22,820 nt of DNA, taken from the NCBI GenBank assembly GCA_046498225.1, contig JAWOBF010000111.1, positions 1 through 22,820 of the forward strand. Reading direction: 5' to 3'. The notes beneath the pieces are model-generated. The model saw nothing but the letters and a program-made list of their open reading frames with translations. It was not told the origin of the DNA and ran no database searches. Positions 7,159 through 15,997 of the stretch are shown here, in pieces; position 1 is the stretch's first letter, and each line of letters begins with the position of its first letter. The position numbers and the translations under genes were made by a program. This stretch comes from Candidatus Aegiribacteria sp. Lineage in GTDB: Bacteria; Fermentibacterota; Fermentibacteria; Fermentibacterales; JCC-6.

Positions 7159-9603
7159 TCACTCACCATCTTCCTGCACGGACCCTGCCGCCTCTTCCAC
7201 CGATACGAGAGCCCTTTCCGCCGCCGACCTGACGTCCAGCATGGGGTCCTCCGCCAGGAGTTCCAGGGTTTCCACGCCTTCGGGGTCGCCTATGGCTCCA
7301 ATGGTCACGGCGCACTCCCTCCTCACCCTTCCCGAGGGGTGGGAGGAGAGGGAAATGACCGCGGGAAGGGATTCGGGGCTGCCGATATTTCCCAGGGCCT
7401 TGAGAAGACCTACGGTGAAACCTGTGGAAAGGGTGTCTTCAGGTGACGGCAGGAGAGCCTCCAGTGGCTCCCTGGATCTTTCGTCCTCCAGCTTGCCCAG
7501 AAAATACACCAGGTTCCCTCCGTTCCTGGCCGGCAGGCTGTCAATTGCAGCCAGCCCGGACAGCAGCAGTTCCAGGGAAATTTCGCCGTTTTCCCTGAAA
7601 ACCTTCTCCATGGCCCGGGTCTCCAGGCCGCTCAGCGTTCCCATGTGGTTCTCCACCAGGTACCGGACGGCCTCCTCACCCCTGGCGGCCAGTTCCTCCC
7701 TGTGGGCCAGCACCCGCTCCCTGTTGGGCCCCACCTCCCACTCGGAGGCTACGGAGAAGAGGGAGTCCAGCCCCAGCGCCCCCGGCTCTCCCACCGGGTC
7801 CTGGGGGTCAAGACCTCCGGGAGTGGTCTCCGGCAGGTCTATGCCTATACCGTATTCCCCTCCCAGCCATATGGAGGAATCCGCCCCGTCCCCGGAGTAG
7901 AAGTCCTCATCGGCCAGGTCGATGAACACCGCGGCTCCCGAGGAGCCCCTGGCCCAGCGGGCGTCGCCCTGGCCGCCTCCCCTGGCGCAGTAGGTGTCGC
8001 CGCCCTCCACGTCGATGAATATGGAAGCGGAATTGGTGAGGGAGAGTGACTGGCCCCCGTCGGAGCCGTACCAGTCGCTGCCCCCTCCGTCCAGGAGGAA
8101 ACCCGTGGAAAGGTCGTGGGCGCTGCCCTGGGCGGGGCCGTTCCTGGAGAAGTAGCTGTCGTCGCCGTCGCCGTCCCAGAGAATTCCCGAGGCGAGGTGA
8201 ATTCCCGCCCCCTGGCTGTACTGGGCGGCCTGGTACACGTCCTGTCCCCCCTGGTCGTAGAGCATTCCCAGGCTGTAGAAGTACGCGCAGCCCTGGCCGA
8301 AGACCTCCGCCCGGTAGGTGTCGTTCCCGGAGCCGAAGTCAGCCAGGAGCCCGATGCCTCCGGCGATAAGGGGACGGAGCCCCATACCGAAGCCCTGGGA
8401 CATGGCCTGGTTGTCCTCGGGCAGCAGCGGTTCGTGGGGATACCTGAAGCCGGCCAGGCAGCAGTCGCTGCCCTCCATGTCCACCAGGGTGCCCCTTCCT
8501 CCGGGGCCCCCGAAGCCCTGGCCGAAGAGGTGGACCCTTCGCATGTCGTCCCCTCCGCCGTCGAAGAGGAGCCCGTCGCCAAGGCAGCCGGCTCCCTGGC
8601 TGAACGTTCCGCCCGTGAAAACGTCATTCCCCTGCAGGTCTATCAGAAATCCCTTCCCCATCAGACCGGCGCCCTGTGAGAAATTCCCCGCGATGTAGAG
8701 GTCGTCCCCTTCCAGGTCGATGATGCCACCCACTCCGAGGAGGCCGCAGCCCTGGCTCACAGGGGAATCGCTGCGGTAGGTATCGTTCCCCTCAAGGTCC
8801 ATGACCACGGATATCCTTCCGCCGGCGGGCCCGACGGCTCCGCCGATTCCCTCTCCGTAGATGTCGTCTCCGCCGATATCTATTATCAGCTCGAAGGGAC
8901 AGTCCGCCGTGTAGGTGTTGCTCCCCCTTCCACCCACCACCCATCTCACCGGACCGTCGAAACAGAAGGAGACTGTAGTCCCGCTGACGCCGGGCAGGGT
9001 CACCGACAGCTCCCGGGGCCATTCAGCGTCCCTCAGGGAAACAGCCGCGCTCACCAGTTCCTCCGGGGGAATGTCCACACGGAAGGAACATCTCTCCAGA
9101 AGCGCCGCCAGGGTGTCCATCTCCATCTCGCTGCAGTCCGGGGAAGGAATGTCCCAGCCCTCCAGGATCGTCTCCCATTCTACCGGGTCATCCTCGCTCA
9201 GCCATATGGCGGGGACCACCGCCATGAGGGAATCCACTCTTGAGGGAGGCAGGGCCTCCAGCTGCCGCAGCACGAGGGAATCGGTCCTTTCAAGCAGCTC
9301 CACCACATCGCTCAGGGCCTCCATTCCTCCGTCCCCGCGGGTCCGGCGGTAATCGGTGAGTTCCTCCAGCATATGCTCCAGTATCACCGGCACCGCCTCT
9401 ATCTCCTGAATTGCGGTTATGACCACGGGGTTCGCCAGCCGCACCGAGGTGGCCCAGTGCCTGTCGAAGTCAAGCTGCTCCCGCACGATATCGATGGAAT
9501 CCAGGGCCGAGGTGAACGCGCTGTCCAGTGTCTCTGGCCACGGGTCGCCCGGTTGCAGCCCCGCCAGGGTCATGAGGGTCGTGAGAACACAGATGGATGT
9601 CAT
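7159..9603 (-). CDS. Exported protein with about 12 hhDxxGxDxY/SQGxG repeats and C-terminal HEAT repeats
   Basis: Repeats IIDIGGDDIY, VMDLEGNDTY, IIDLEGDDLY, LIDLQGNDVF, LYDQGGQDVY, LWDGDGDDSY and others. HEAT-like units ALGNIGSPESLPAVI, VRRECAVTIGAIGDP and DVRSAAERAL. Hydrophobic N-terminus. Confidence 0.8.
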   Translation of the reverse strand: MTSICVLTTLMTLAGLQPGDPWPETLDSAFTSALDSIDIVREQLDFDRHWATSVRLANPVVITAIQEIEAVPVILEHMLEELTDYRRTRGDGGMEALSDVVELLERTDSLVLRQLEALPPSRVDSLMAVVPAIWLSEDDPVEWETILEGWDIPSPDCSEMEMDTLAALLERCSFRVDIPPEELVSAAVSLRDAEWPRELSVTLPGVSGTTVSFCFDGPVRWVVGGRGSNTYTADCPFELIIDIGGDDIYGEGIGGAVGPAGGRISVVMDLEGNDTYRSDSPVSQGCGLLGVGGIIDLEGDDLYIAGNFSQGAGLMGKGFLIDLQGNDVFTGGTFSQGAGCLGDGLLFDGGGDDMRRVHLFGQGFGGPGGRGTLVDMEGSDCCLAGFRYPHEPLLPEDNQAMSQGFGMGLRPLIAGGIGLLADFGSGNDTYRAEVFGQGCAYFYSLGMLYDQGGQDVYQAAQYSQGAGIHLASGILWDGDGDDSYFSRNGPAQGSAHDLSTGFLLDGGGSDWYGSDGGQSLSLTNSASIFIDVEGGDTYCARGGGQGDARWARGSSGAAVFIDLADEDFYSGDGADSSIWLGGEYGIGIDLPETTPGGLDPQDPVGEPGALGLDSLFSVASEWEVGPNRERVLAHREELAARGEEAVRYLVENHMGTLSGLETRAMEKVFRENGEISLELLLSGLAAIDSLPARNGGNLVYFLGKLEDERSREPLEALLPSPEDTLSTGFTVGLLKALGNIGSPESLPAVISLSSHPSGRVRRECAVTIGAIGDPEGVETLELLAEDPMLDVRSAAERALVSVEEAAGSVQEDGE

Positions 9604-9685
9604 TCCGCCGCCTTTCCGAAGCTTGTATCACTGTTTCAGCAGCCTTTGAAATAACCACTTCCGGCCCCGGGGGCAAGTAACCCGT

Positions 9686-9714
9686 TTGACGGGCCGGCCC
9701 GGGGATGATAGCTT
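9686..9714 (+). promoter_or_regulatory. Promoter for the thiM-thiE leader
   Basis: TTGACG-N17-TAGCTT with an extended -10 TG at 9706-9707, just upstream of the aptamer. Confidence 0.6.
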
Positions 9715-9721
9715 TGCCTCT

Positions 9722-9804
9722 GGATTGGGGGTGGTCCGGAGAGACCGGGCCTGAGAAATTGACCCCTTGAACTTGATCCGAGTAATATCGGCGTAAGAAA
9801 ATCC
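9722..9804 (+). ncRNA. TPP riboswitch (THI box)
   Basis: P1 GGATT/AATCC, P2 GGGGT/ACCCC, P3 GGTCCGG/CCGGGCC, J3/2 TGAGA, ACTTGATC, P5 CCGA-GTAATA-TCGG, GCGTAAGA. Lies immediately before the thiM SD (GGAGGT). Confidence 0.93.
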
Positions 9805-9815
9805 GGAGGTTTTGC

Positions 9816-10622
9816 ATGAAGCCTGCAGATATCATCTGCCGCGGCCTCGAGGCTGTCCGCCGAAGAAGGCCCATGGTCCATCACATCACCAACACCGTGG
9901 TGATGAACTTCACCGCCAACGTTACGCTGTGCCTGGGGGCCGCCCCGGTGATGGCTCCCAGCATCCATGAATCCCCGGAGATGGTCCGCTACGCCGGGGC
10001 GCTCCTTCTTAACATCGGCACCCTGGACCCGGAGCTTGTGGAAAGCATGCTGGCCGCGGGAAGAGCGGCCAACGAGAACGGAATTCCCATCGTTTTCGAC
10101 CCGGTGGGAGCCGGGGCCACCGCTCTGAGGTCGGATTCCGCCAGGAGGATAGCCGGGGAACTGGACATTTCCATCGTCCGCGGCAACGCGGGGGAGGTCC
10201 TGGCCCTCGCAGGCGCGGGAGGAAAGGTCAGGGGAGTGGACTCCATGGAGGATGTAGGACGGAGGGAGAAGGTCATCTCCCGTTTCGCCGCCGACAACGG
10301 CTGGGTGGTTGCGGTCACCGGCGTCACGGACATAGTTACCGACGGCAGGAGCACGGCCACGGTGGAGAACGGCGACCCCCTCATGGGAAGGGTGACCGGC
10401 ACAGGATGCGCCGCCTCTACGGCTGTGGCCTGCTTCGCCGCTTCCATGGACGACCCCTTCGAGGCCGCCTTCGCTGGAATCGCCTCCATGGGAATAGCGG
10501 GTGAGATGGCGGCCGGCGCCGCCGGCGGTCCCGGGACTTTCGTTCCCCTTTTCCTGGACAGCCTGGCCGGGCTGGACACGGAGACCGTGGAAAGCAGAAT
10601 AAGGGCATCCATCGATGGTTGA
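9816..10622 (+). CDS. thiM: Hydroxyethylthiazole kinase
   Basis: PMVHHITNTVVMNFTANVTLCLGAAPVMA, NIGTL, FDPVGAGAT, RGNAGE and VTGTGC motifs. Confidence 0.97.
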   Translation: MKPADIICRGLEAVRRRRPMVHHITNTVVMNFTANVTLCLGAAPVMAPSIHESPEMVRYAGALLLNIGTLDPELVESMLAAGRAANENGIPIVFDPVGAGATALRSDSARRIAGELDISIVRGNAGEVLALAGAGGKVRGVDSMEDVGRREKVISRFAADNGWVVAVTGVTDIVTDGRSTATVENGDPLMGRVTGTGCAASTAVACFAASMDDPFEAAFAGIASMGIAGEMAAGAAGGPGTFVPLFLDSLAGLDTETVESRIRASIDG

Positions 10623-11253
10623 CCCGGAGAAGCTGTTTCTCTACCTGGTCACGGACCCCGTCCTGTGCGGTTCCCGTGGAGTGGTGGAAACATGCAGGCT
10701 GGCCCTGGAAGCCGGAGTGGGGACGGTTCAGCTGAGGGACAAGAACGCCACCACACGGGACATGCTCCGGGTGGCCGGGGAACTGATGGAACTCTGTTCT
10801 AAAGCCGGCGCCCTTTTCGTGGTGAACGACAGGGTGGACGTAGCCCTGGCCTGCGGCGCCCACGGCGTCCATCTGGGACAGGAGGACATGCCGGTGAGTA
10901 CCGCCAGGGAGCTTCTGGGCGACGGGGCTGTGGTGGGAGTTTCGGTCAGGACAGCCGGGGAGGCCCGGGCTGCCCGGGACGGGGGCGCCGATTACCTGGG
11001 GGCAAATCTGGTCTTCGCCACGGAAACCAAGACGGACCTGGGGGCACCGCTGGGACTTTCCGGCATAGCCAGCCTGAAGGAGGCAACTTCCCTTCCCCTG
11101 GTGGCAATAGGGGGCATCAAGCCGTCCAACGCCGGGGGGGTCAGGAGGGCCGGGGCTGACGGCATAGCGGTGGTTTCCGCCATTATGGCGGCGGAAAACG
11201 TGTCCGAAGCCGTCAGGGAACTTCTGAAGAGCGCGGGCGGGGGAGGGCCCTAG
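10615..11253 (+). CDS. thiE: Thiamine-phosphate synthase
   Basis: LYLVTD, VQLRDK, VNDRVDVA, GVHLGQED, VFATETK, VAIGGI and IAVVSAI motifs; overlaps thiM by 8 nt. Confidence 0.97.
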   Translation: MVDPEKLFLYLVTDPVLCGSRGVVETCRLALEAGVGTVQLRDKNATTRDMLRVAGELMELCSKAGALFVVNDRVDVALACGAHGVHLGQEDMPVSTARELLGDGAVVGVSVRTAGEARAARDGGADYLGANLVFATETKTDLGAPLGLSGIASLKEATSLPLVAIGGIKPSNAGGVRRAGADGIAVVSAIMAAENVSEAVRELLKSAGGGGP

Positions 11254-12224
11254 AGAGGGAAGTCTATTCCCGGAAGGCAGCTGTCCGGGGAGGTGACCGG
11301 GTCCTGGACCCATCCGTTCTCGAAACCCAGTTCCTCCATCACTCTGACAGCGGAGGCGTACTCCTCCGGCATCAGCCTGCGGTTGAGTGGAGGGAACCGG
11401 CGGGCCCTGTGGGCCGGATAGTACTGGGACATCAGGCTGATGAATACACCAGTTCCAAGCTCCTTTGCCAGGAACTCCAGCGTCCTCTCCGTCCCGGAGA
11501 CGCCCCCGGGAAGGACCAGCAGCCTTACCAGCAGGCCTCCTTCGGCCGTCCCCCCTGCGCTCAACCTCAGGTCGCCCACCTGTCTGTGCATCTCACGGAT
11601 GCCCTCCATGGCCGCTCTCCTGTAACCGGGAGCTTCGGAGTACCTGCGGGCTTCCCCCGGGTCCCAGTACTTGAAATCCGGCATATAGATGTCCACCATG
11701 CCGTCCAGGAGCCGCAGCAGCTCGGGGGAGTCGTACCCGCTGGTGTTGTATATCACCGGCAGCCTGAGACCTTTTCGCGCCGCGATGGCCACCGCCCTGA
11801 ACAACCGGGGGGCGTGATGGGTCGGGGACACGAAGCCGGCGGTGGGGCAGCCCTGCTTCTGGAACCGGAGGAGTTCCTCCGCCAGCTCTTCCGGGGTGGT
11901 GAGCCAGGCCTGCCGGGAGTCCCCTGCCGGCTGGCTTATCGAGTGGTTCTGGCAGAATACGCATTTCATGTTGCACCTGCCGAGGAATACGTTGCCCACG
12001 CCGGTTTTCCCGGTGAGCACCGGTTCCTCCCCGGTGTGCACGCAGCTGGAAGCCACCTCCAGGGTCGCGCCGGCACCGCAGAAACCCTTCTCCCCCTTCA
12101 ACCGGTCGACCCCGCAAGCCCTGACGCACAGTCTGCACTTCCGAAGCATGTCCTCCAGAAGCTCTACCCTCTTCTTCAGCTCTCCCCTCTCCAGCATGCG
12201 GAGATAACCCGGCCCCGAGGTCAT
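11250..12224 (-). CDS. Radical SAM protein, PflX-like (PFL-activating-enzyme-like, uncharacterised)
   Basis: CNMKCVFCQN (CxxxCxxC), an N-terminal Cys cluster CRLCVRACGVDR..GFCG, HTGEEP, VDIYMPDFKY and SLMSQYYP. Confidence 0.88.
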   Translation of the reverse strand: MTSGPGYLRMLERGELKKRVELLEDMLRKCRLCVRACGVDRLKGEKGFCGAGATLEVASSCVHTGEEPVLTGKTGVGNVFLGRCNMKCVFCQNHSISQPAGDSRQAWLTTPEELAEELLRFQKQGCPTAGFVSPTHHAPRLFRAVAIAARKGLRLPVIYNTSGYDSPELLRLLDGMVDIYMPDFKYWDPGEARRYSEAPGYRRAAMEGIREMHRQVGDLRLSAGGTAEGGLLVRLLVLPGGVSGTERTLEFLAKELGTGVFISLMSQYYPAHRARRFPPLNRRLMPEEYASAVRVMEELGFENGWVQDPVTSPDSCLPGIDFPL

Positions 12225-13954
12225 TCCATCTCCGCCGCCAGGACCAGCCTGTAGAGCCTGTTGTTCCTCATCAGGTTGCCGTGTGTGTCGAAATCCATCA
12301 GCCTTCCCCTGTGAACGAAGATGACCCGGTCGCTCTTCCTCACCGTAGCTTCCCGGTGGGAGACCACCAGTATCAGGCCGTCCCCGCGGGCCCGGCGGAG
12401 CTTCCTCCAGAAGGCCTCCTCCTTCTCCGCGTCCAGGGCCGCGGTACAGTCGTCGAACAGGAACAGGGAGGGTTTTCCGGCCAGGGCCCTGGCTATGGCT
12501 ATTCTCTGTTTCTGGCCGCCGCTGACTCCCACGCCCCCCTGTCCGAGTTCTGTGAGCGCCCCCGCCTCCAGTTCGGCGTCGTCCAGTCCGGCGGTTCTCA
12601 GGGATTCGGCGACCGCTTCATCGCTCAGGTCCCTTCCCAGCTTCACGTTCTCCCCCACCGACTGGCTGAACAGGACCGATTCCTGCGGCACGTATCCCGT
12701 CTCCCGCACGAGGTATTCCCGGGAAAGTTCCCTGATGTCCACGCCGTTCAGCAGTATCCTGCCCTCGGTGCAGGGAAGCTGGCCGGTCAGCATCCTGAGG
12801 ACGGTGGACTTCCCGCTGCCCACCTCCCCCACCAGGGCGAACATGCCGGGGGAGGAAAGCTCCAGGTCCAGCCCGGTGACGCCGGCGCTGGAACCGGGAT
12901 AGATGAACCCGGCATTCTCCATGCGAAGGGTCCTGACCGGTCCGCTCCCGCCGGTGCCCCGCCATTCGGGGGCGTCGGGGTAGTTCAGTATCTCCCTCTC
13001 CCGGTCGATGGAGGTGAATGCCTGCCTGGAGGTGACGAAGAGGTTGGGAATGTCCATCATCGGGGCCAGGAGCATGTCCAGGTAGACGTAGAAGGCGTAG
13101 AACTCCCCAATTCCTATCCTGTTCCAGATGACGAAAAGGCCTCCGACCAGCATAACCGTAACCTTCCCCACCTGGCCTATCACGCTGTAGACACCATGGA
13201 GAAGCATCACCAGCCGGGTTATGGAAAGGTCTATTCCCAGCCTCTCGTCCAGCAGACCCCTGAGCCTCTCTGCCTGTCCCTCCTCCGCGGTGTACGCCTT
13301 GATTATCGGTATGCCGGCGAAGGTGCTGTCCAGAAGGTCCCCCGTATGGCTGGTGGCCTTCCTGCTGGCCTCGACCCTGCTGCCCAGTCGGTTCTCCACT
13401 CGAATGAAGATGAGGAACATCACCGGAAGGGGAACGAGGGCTATCAGGGTCAGCTGCCAGCTCATGAAGAACATCACCGCCAGGCAGAAGACCAGCCTGG
13501 AGGAGGATTCCAGGGCCCTGAATACGGCGGAGCAGCTGAACCAGGCTATTCTGGGGTAGTCCACGATGTCATCGGACAGCCTGGTGGTGAGGTCGCCGGG
13601 CCTGAAGGCGTTCCAGAACCTGTGATCCTTCTTCATCAGGCTGCCGAAGACCCTGTCCCGGATATCACGGCCTATCTTGCTGTTCAGCCAGGCCCTGGCG
13701 CCGGGGTAGAGACCGGCCACGAACCTGGCCAGGGCCAGGGCGGCCAGGACCAGGATGATGGTGGTGAACTCGTCGGTCCGTCCCTCCGTCTCCAGCACCT
13801 GCTCCACATTATCCAGCAGGTATCGGAACACCAGCGGAAAGCTCAGGGCCACCGCGCTGGACACCAGGGTGAAGAACACCAGCACCACCAGGTGCTTTTT
13901 ATGTGGTCGCCAGAAGTCCATTATCCATCTCAGGTAACCCCTGTAATCAGGCAC
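12221..13954 (-). CDS. ABC exporter half-transporter (TMD+NBD) with a degenerate Walker B
   Basis: Multi-helix TMD; GEVGSGKST, YVPQE, VSGGQKQRIAIARAL, FLFDDC (catalytic E replaced by D), VSHR. Confidence 0.93.
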   Translation of the reverse strand: MPDYRGYLRWIMDFWRPHKKHLVVLVFFTLVSSAVALSFPLVFRYLLDNVEQVLETEGRTDEFTTIILVLAALALARFVAGLYPGARAWLNSKIGRDIRDRVFGSLMKKDHRFWNAFRPGDLTTRLSDDIVDYPRIAWFSCSAVFRALESSSRLVFCLAVMFFMSWQLTLIALVPLPVMFLIFIRVENRLGSRVEASRKATSHTGDLLDSTFAGIPIIKAYTAEEGQAERLRGLLDERLGIDLSITRLVMLLHGVYSVIGQVGKVTVMLVGGLFVIWNRIGIGEFYAFYVYLDMLLAPMMDIPNLFVTSRQAFTSIDREREILNYPDAPEWRGTGGSGPVRTLRMENAGFIYPGSSAGVTGLDLELSSPGMFALVGEVGSGKSTVLRMLTGQLPCTEGRILLNGVDIRELSREYLVRETGYVPQESVLFSQSVGENVKLGRDLSDEAVAESLRTAGLDDAELEAGALTELGQGGVGVSGGQKQRIAIARALAGKPSLFLFDDCTAALDAEKEEAFWRKLRRARGDGLILVVSHREATVRKSDRVIFVHRGRLMDFDTHGNLMRNNRLYRLVLAAEME

Positions 13955-15740
13955 GCTCGCCTCCGTTCAGCTGAAGGCGGCAGAGCCCGGCGTATATGCC
14001 GTCATGGGACAGCAGTTCCGCGTGAGTTCCCCTCTCGGCGATGGCGCCGTGCTGGACTACCAGTATCCTGGTGGCGTGGGTCACGGTACTGAGCCTGTGG
14101 GCCACCACCAGCGCCGTCCTGTCCCTCACCAGGAGGTCGGTGGACTTCTGTATCCTTTTCTCCGTGCCCGGATCCACCGAGGAGGTTGCCTCGTCGAGTA
14201 CCAGGATTTCCGGGTCCTTGAGCACCGCCCGGGCGTAGTTTATCAGCTGCCGCTGTCCCATGGAGAGGTTCAGCCCCCCCTCGCTGACACTTCCCGAAAG
14301 GCCTCCCGGAATGACCCTGAGTATGTCCTCCGCCTCTATGGTCCTCAGCGCCATTTTCTGGCTTTCCTCGGATATTCCTTTCCGGAACACGGTGAGGTTC
14401 TCCGAAAGACTGCCGGAGAACAGGTTCACGCTCTGCAGAACCAGCCCGATCTTTCTCCTCCAGACCTTGAGCCTGAAGTCCCGGATATCGGTCCCGTCGA
14501 TGGCTATTCTGCCGCGGCCGGGCTCGTAGAACCTCAGCAGGAGGCTGACTATGGTGCTCTTCCCCCCGCCGCTGGAACCCACCAGCGCCACCATCTCACC
14601 CCTGCCCAGGGTGAAGCTCACGTCCCTGAGGACCCAGGGGCCTTCGGGGTATCTGAACCACACGTTCTCGAACGTTATCTCCCTCCAGCCGGAGGGGAAG
14701 TCCTCCTCCTCCAGGCGGCCGTCGGGAGTCAGCGTCCTGCGGCCCAGAATATCGAAGAGCCTCTCCGCCGAGGCGGCCGCCCTCTGCACCATGTTCAGAG
14801 TCTCCGAGAACATCACCACCGGGCCGAACAGCCTTCTGGTGTACTCCACGAACATCACCACGGTACCTATGCTCACCGAGCCGGAAACCACTCCGGACCT
14901 TCCCGCCAGCAGTATGACGATTACCGCAAGGATCTCGCAGCTGCCCAGAAAGCTCCAGAACCCGTACTCCCAGAAGTAGGCTCTCACCTCGCGGTCCAGG
15001 AATCGCTGTCCCTCCCTGTGGATCCTGTCCCCGGCCATCCCGGTGGCGCCGAAGACCTGGAGCACCGGCACCGACCTTACATATTCCGCGATAAAGCCGG
15101 ATATCCTGGCGTAGGCGGAGCGGACCCTCCTGTAGAGCTTGCGCATCTTCTTGAGGACCGGCACGGTGAGAATCGCCACCGGCAGCAGCAGGCCCATTAT
15201 CCACATAGTGATGGTGGCGTCCGCCACCAGCATTATTCCAAGTGTGCCGCAAACCATGGCCACGTTCCGGAGCAGGGCCATGGAGACCTCGCTGAACAGC
15301 ATCCGCACCCTCTCAGAGTCGCTCTCCACCCTGGCCATCAGTTTCCCGGTAGGATTGCTGTCGAAGAAGGAGAGGGAAAGAGACAGCATGTGGCTGAAAA
15401 CTTTCTCCTTCAGGTCCCGGACCACCGAAAGCCCCACCTTGGTGGTTATCATCACCTGCAGGTATGACATCACCATGGCGAAGGTGAAGGTCGCGGCGAA
15501 AAGAATGGAATAGAGGACGATGTCGGGAACGGACCTCTGAGGAATGGCGCTGTCTATCACGGTGCGGAGTATTATGGGACCGGCCAGCTCCCCCGCCACC
15601 GAAAGGAACAGCAGCAGCGCAGCCAGGACGAAGGAGCCCCGGTGAGGCCTGAGGAAGGGATACATCTTTCTCAGCACCTCGAAGGTTGAGGTCCCCTTTA
15701 CGGCGTCTTCGTCGATCGTGTCATCGAAATGAATGTGCAT
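13947..15740 (-). CDS. ABC exporter half-transporter (TMD+NBD), MdlB/BmrD-like
   Basis: GSSGGGKST, LSMGQRQ, ILVLDEATSSVD and VAHRLST motifs, with an N-terminal TMD. Confidence 0.95.
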   Translation of the reverse strand: MHIHFDDTIDEDAVKGTSTFEVLRKMYPFLRPHRGSFVLAALLLFLSVAGELAGPIILRTVIDSAIPQRSVPDIVLYSILFAATFTFAMVMSYLQVMITTKVGLSVVRDLKEKVFSHMLSLSLSFFDSNPTGKLMARVESDSERVRMLFSEVSMALLRNVAMVCGTLGIMLVADATITMWIMGLLLPVAILTVPVLKKMRKLYRRVRSAYARISGFIAEYVRSVPVLQVFGATGMAGDRIHREGQRFLDREVRAYFWEYGFWSFLGSCEILAVIVILLAGRSGVVSGSVSIGTVVMFVEYTRRLFGPVVMFSETLNMVQRAAASAERLFDILGRRTLTPDGRLEEEDFPSGWREITFENVWFRYPEGPWVLRDVSFTLGRGEMVALVGSSGGGKSTIVSLLLRFYEPGRGRIAIDGTDIRDFRLKVWRRKIGLVLQSVNLFSGSLSENLTVFRKGISEESQKMALRTIEAEDILRVIPGGLSGSVSEGGLNLSMGQRQLINYARAVLKDPEILVLDEATSSVDPGTEKRIQKSTDLLVRDRTALVVAHRLSTVTHATRILVVQHGAIAERGTHAELLSHDGIYAGLCRLQLNGGERA

Positions 15741-15828
15741 CGCATTATTCCTGTTTGTTCCGGGAATGTCCCGGGATCAATATCTGTTTAAGAACTAATC
15801 AGGTCTTTCCCTCGGGGGGAGGGTGCTT

Positions 15829-15858
15829 CTACTGATACAGCCTCTTGATCACAGTCAT
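15829..15858 (-). CDS. Candidate 9-aa leader peptide MTVIKRLYQ upstream of the ABC operon
   Basis: ATG ACT GTG ATC AAG AGG CTG TAT CAG TAG, preceded by GAAAGG 7 nt upstream and followed by hairpins. Confidence 0.4.
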   Translation of the reverse strand: MTVIKRLYQ

Positions 15859-15892
15859 AATGGCGCCTTTCGGTTCAGAGGAATGAGGGGAT

Positions 15893-15953
15893 TTCATACT
15901 TATAAAACCGACAATGTCAAGCCATAAAGGGAGTTGAAAATGGAAATATTCAA
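15893..15953 (-). promoter_or_regulatory. Promoter/operator region of the ABC operon
   Basis: Perfect TTGACA at 15915-15920 (minus) with an ambiguous -10 (TATGAA at 16-nt spacing). Imperfect palindrome TTGAAAAT-N4-ATATTCAA at 15934-15953. Confidence 0.4.
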
Positions 15954-15997
15954 GTTAAAATATTATTTGTGCATTAAATAGATAGAAATGCTAAAAT

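Noticed and set aside
7900..8900. Periodic DNA similarity suggesting a repeat array or CRISPR
   Set aside because: Explained by degenerate protein repeats in the 814-aa CDS; there are no identical repeats with spacers.
12281..15467. Long antisense ORFs (603 aa, 487 aa; similarly 2821-3762, 1192-2175, 11409-12254, 20841-21683)
   Set aside because: Shadow frames of well-supported genes in GC-rich DNA, with no recognisable motifs.
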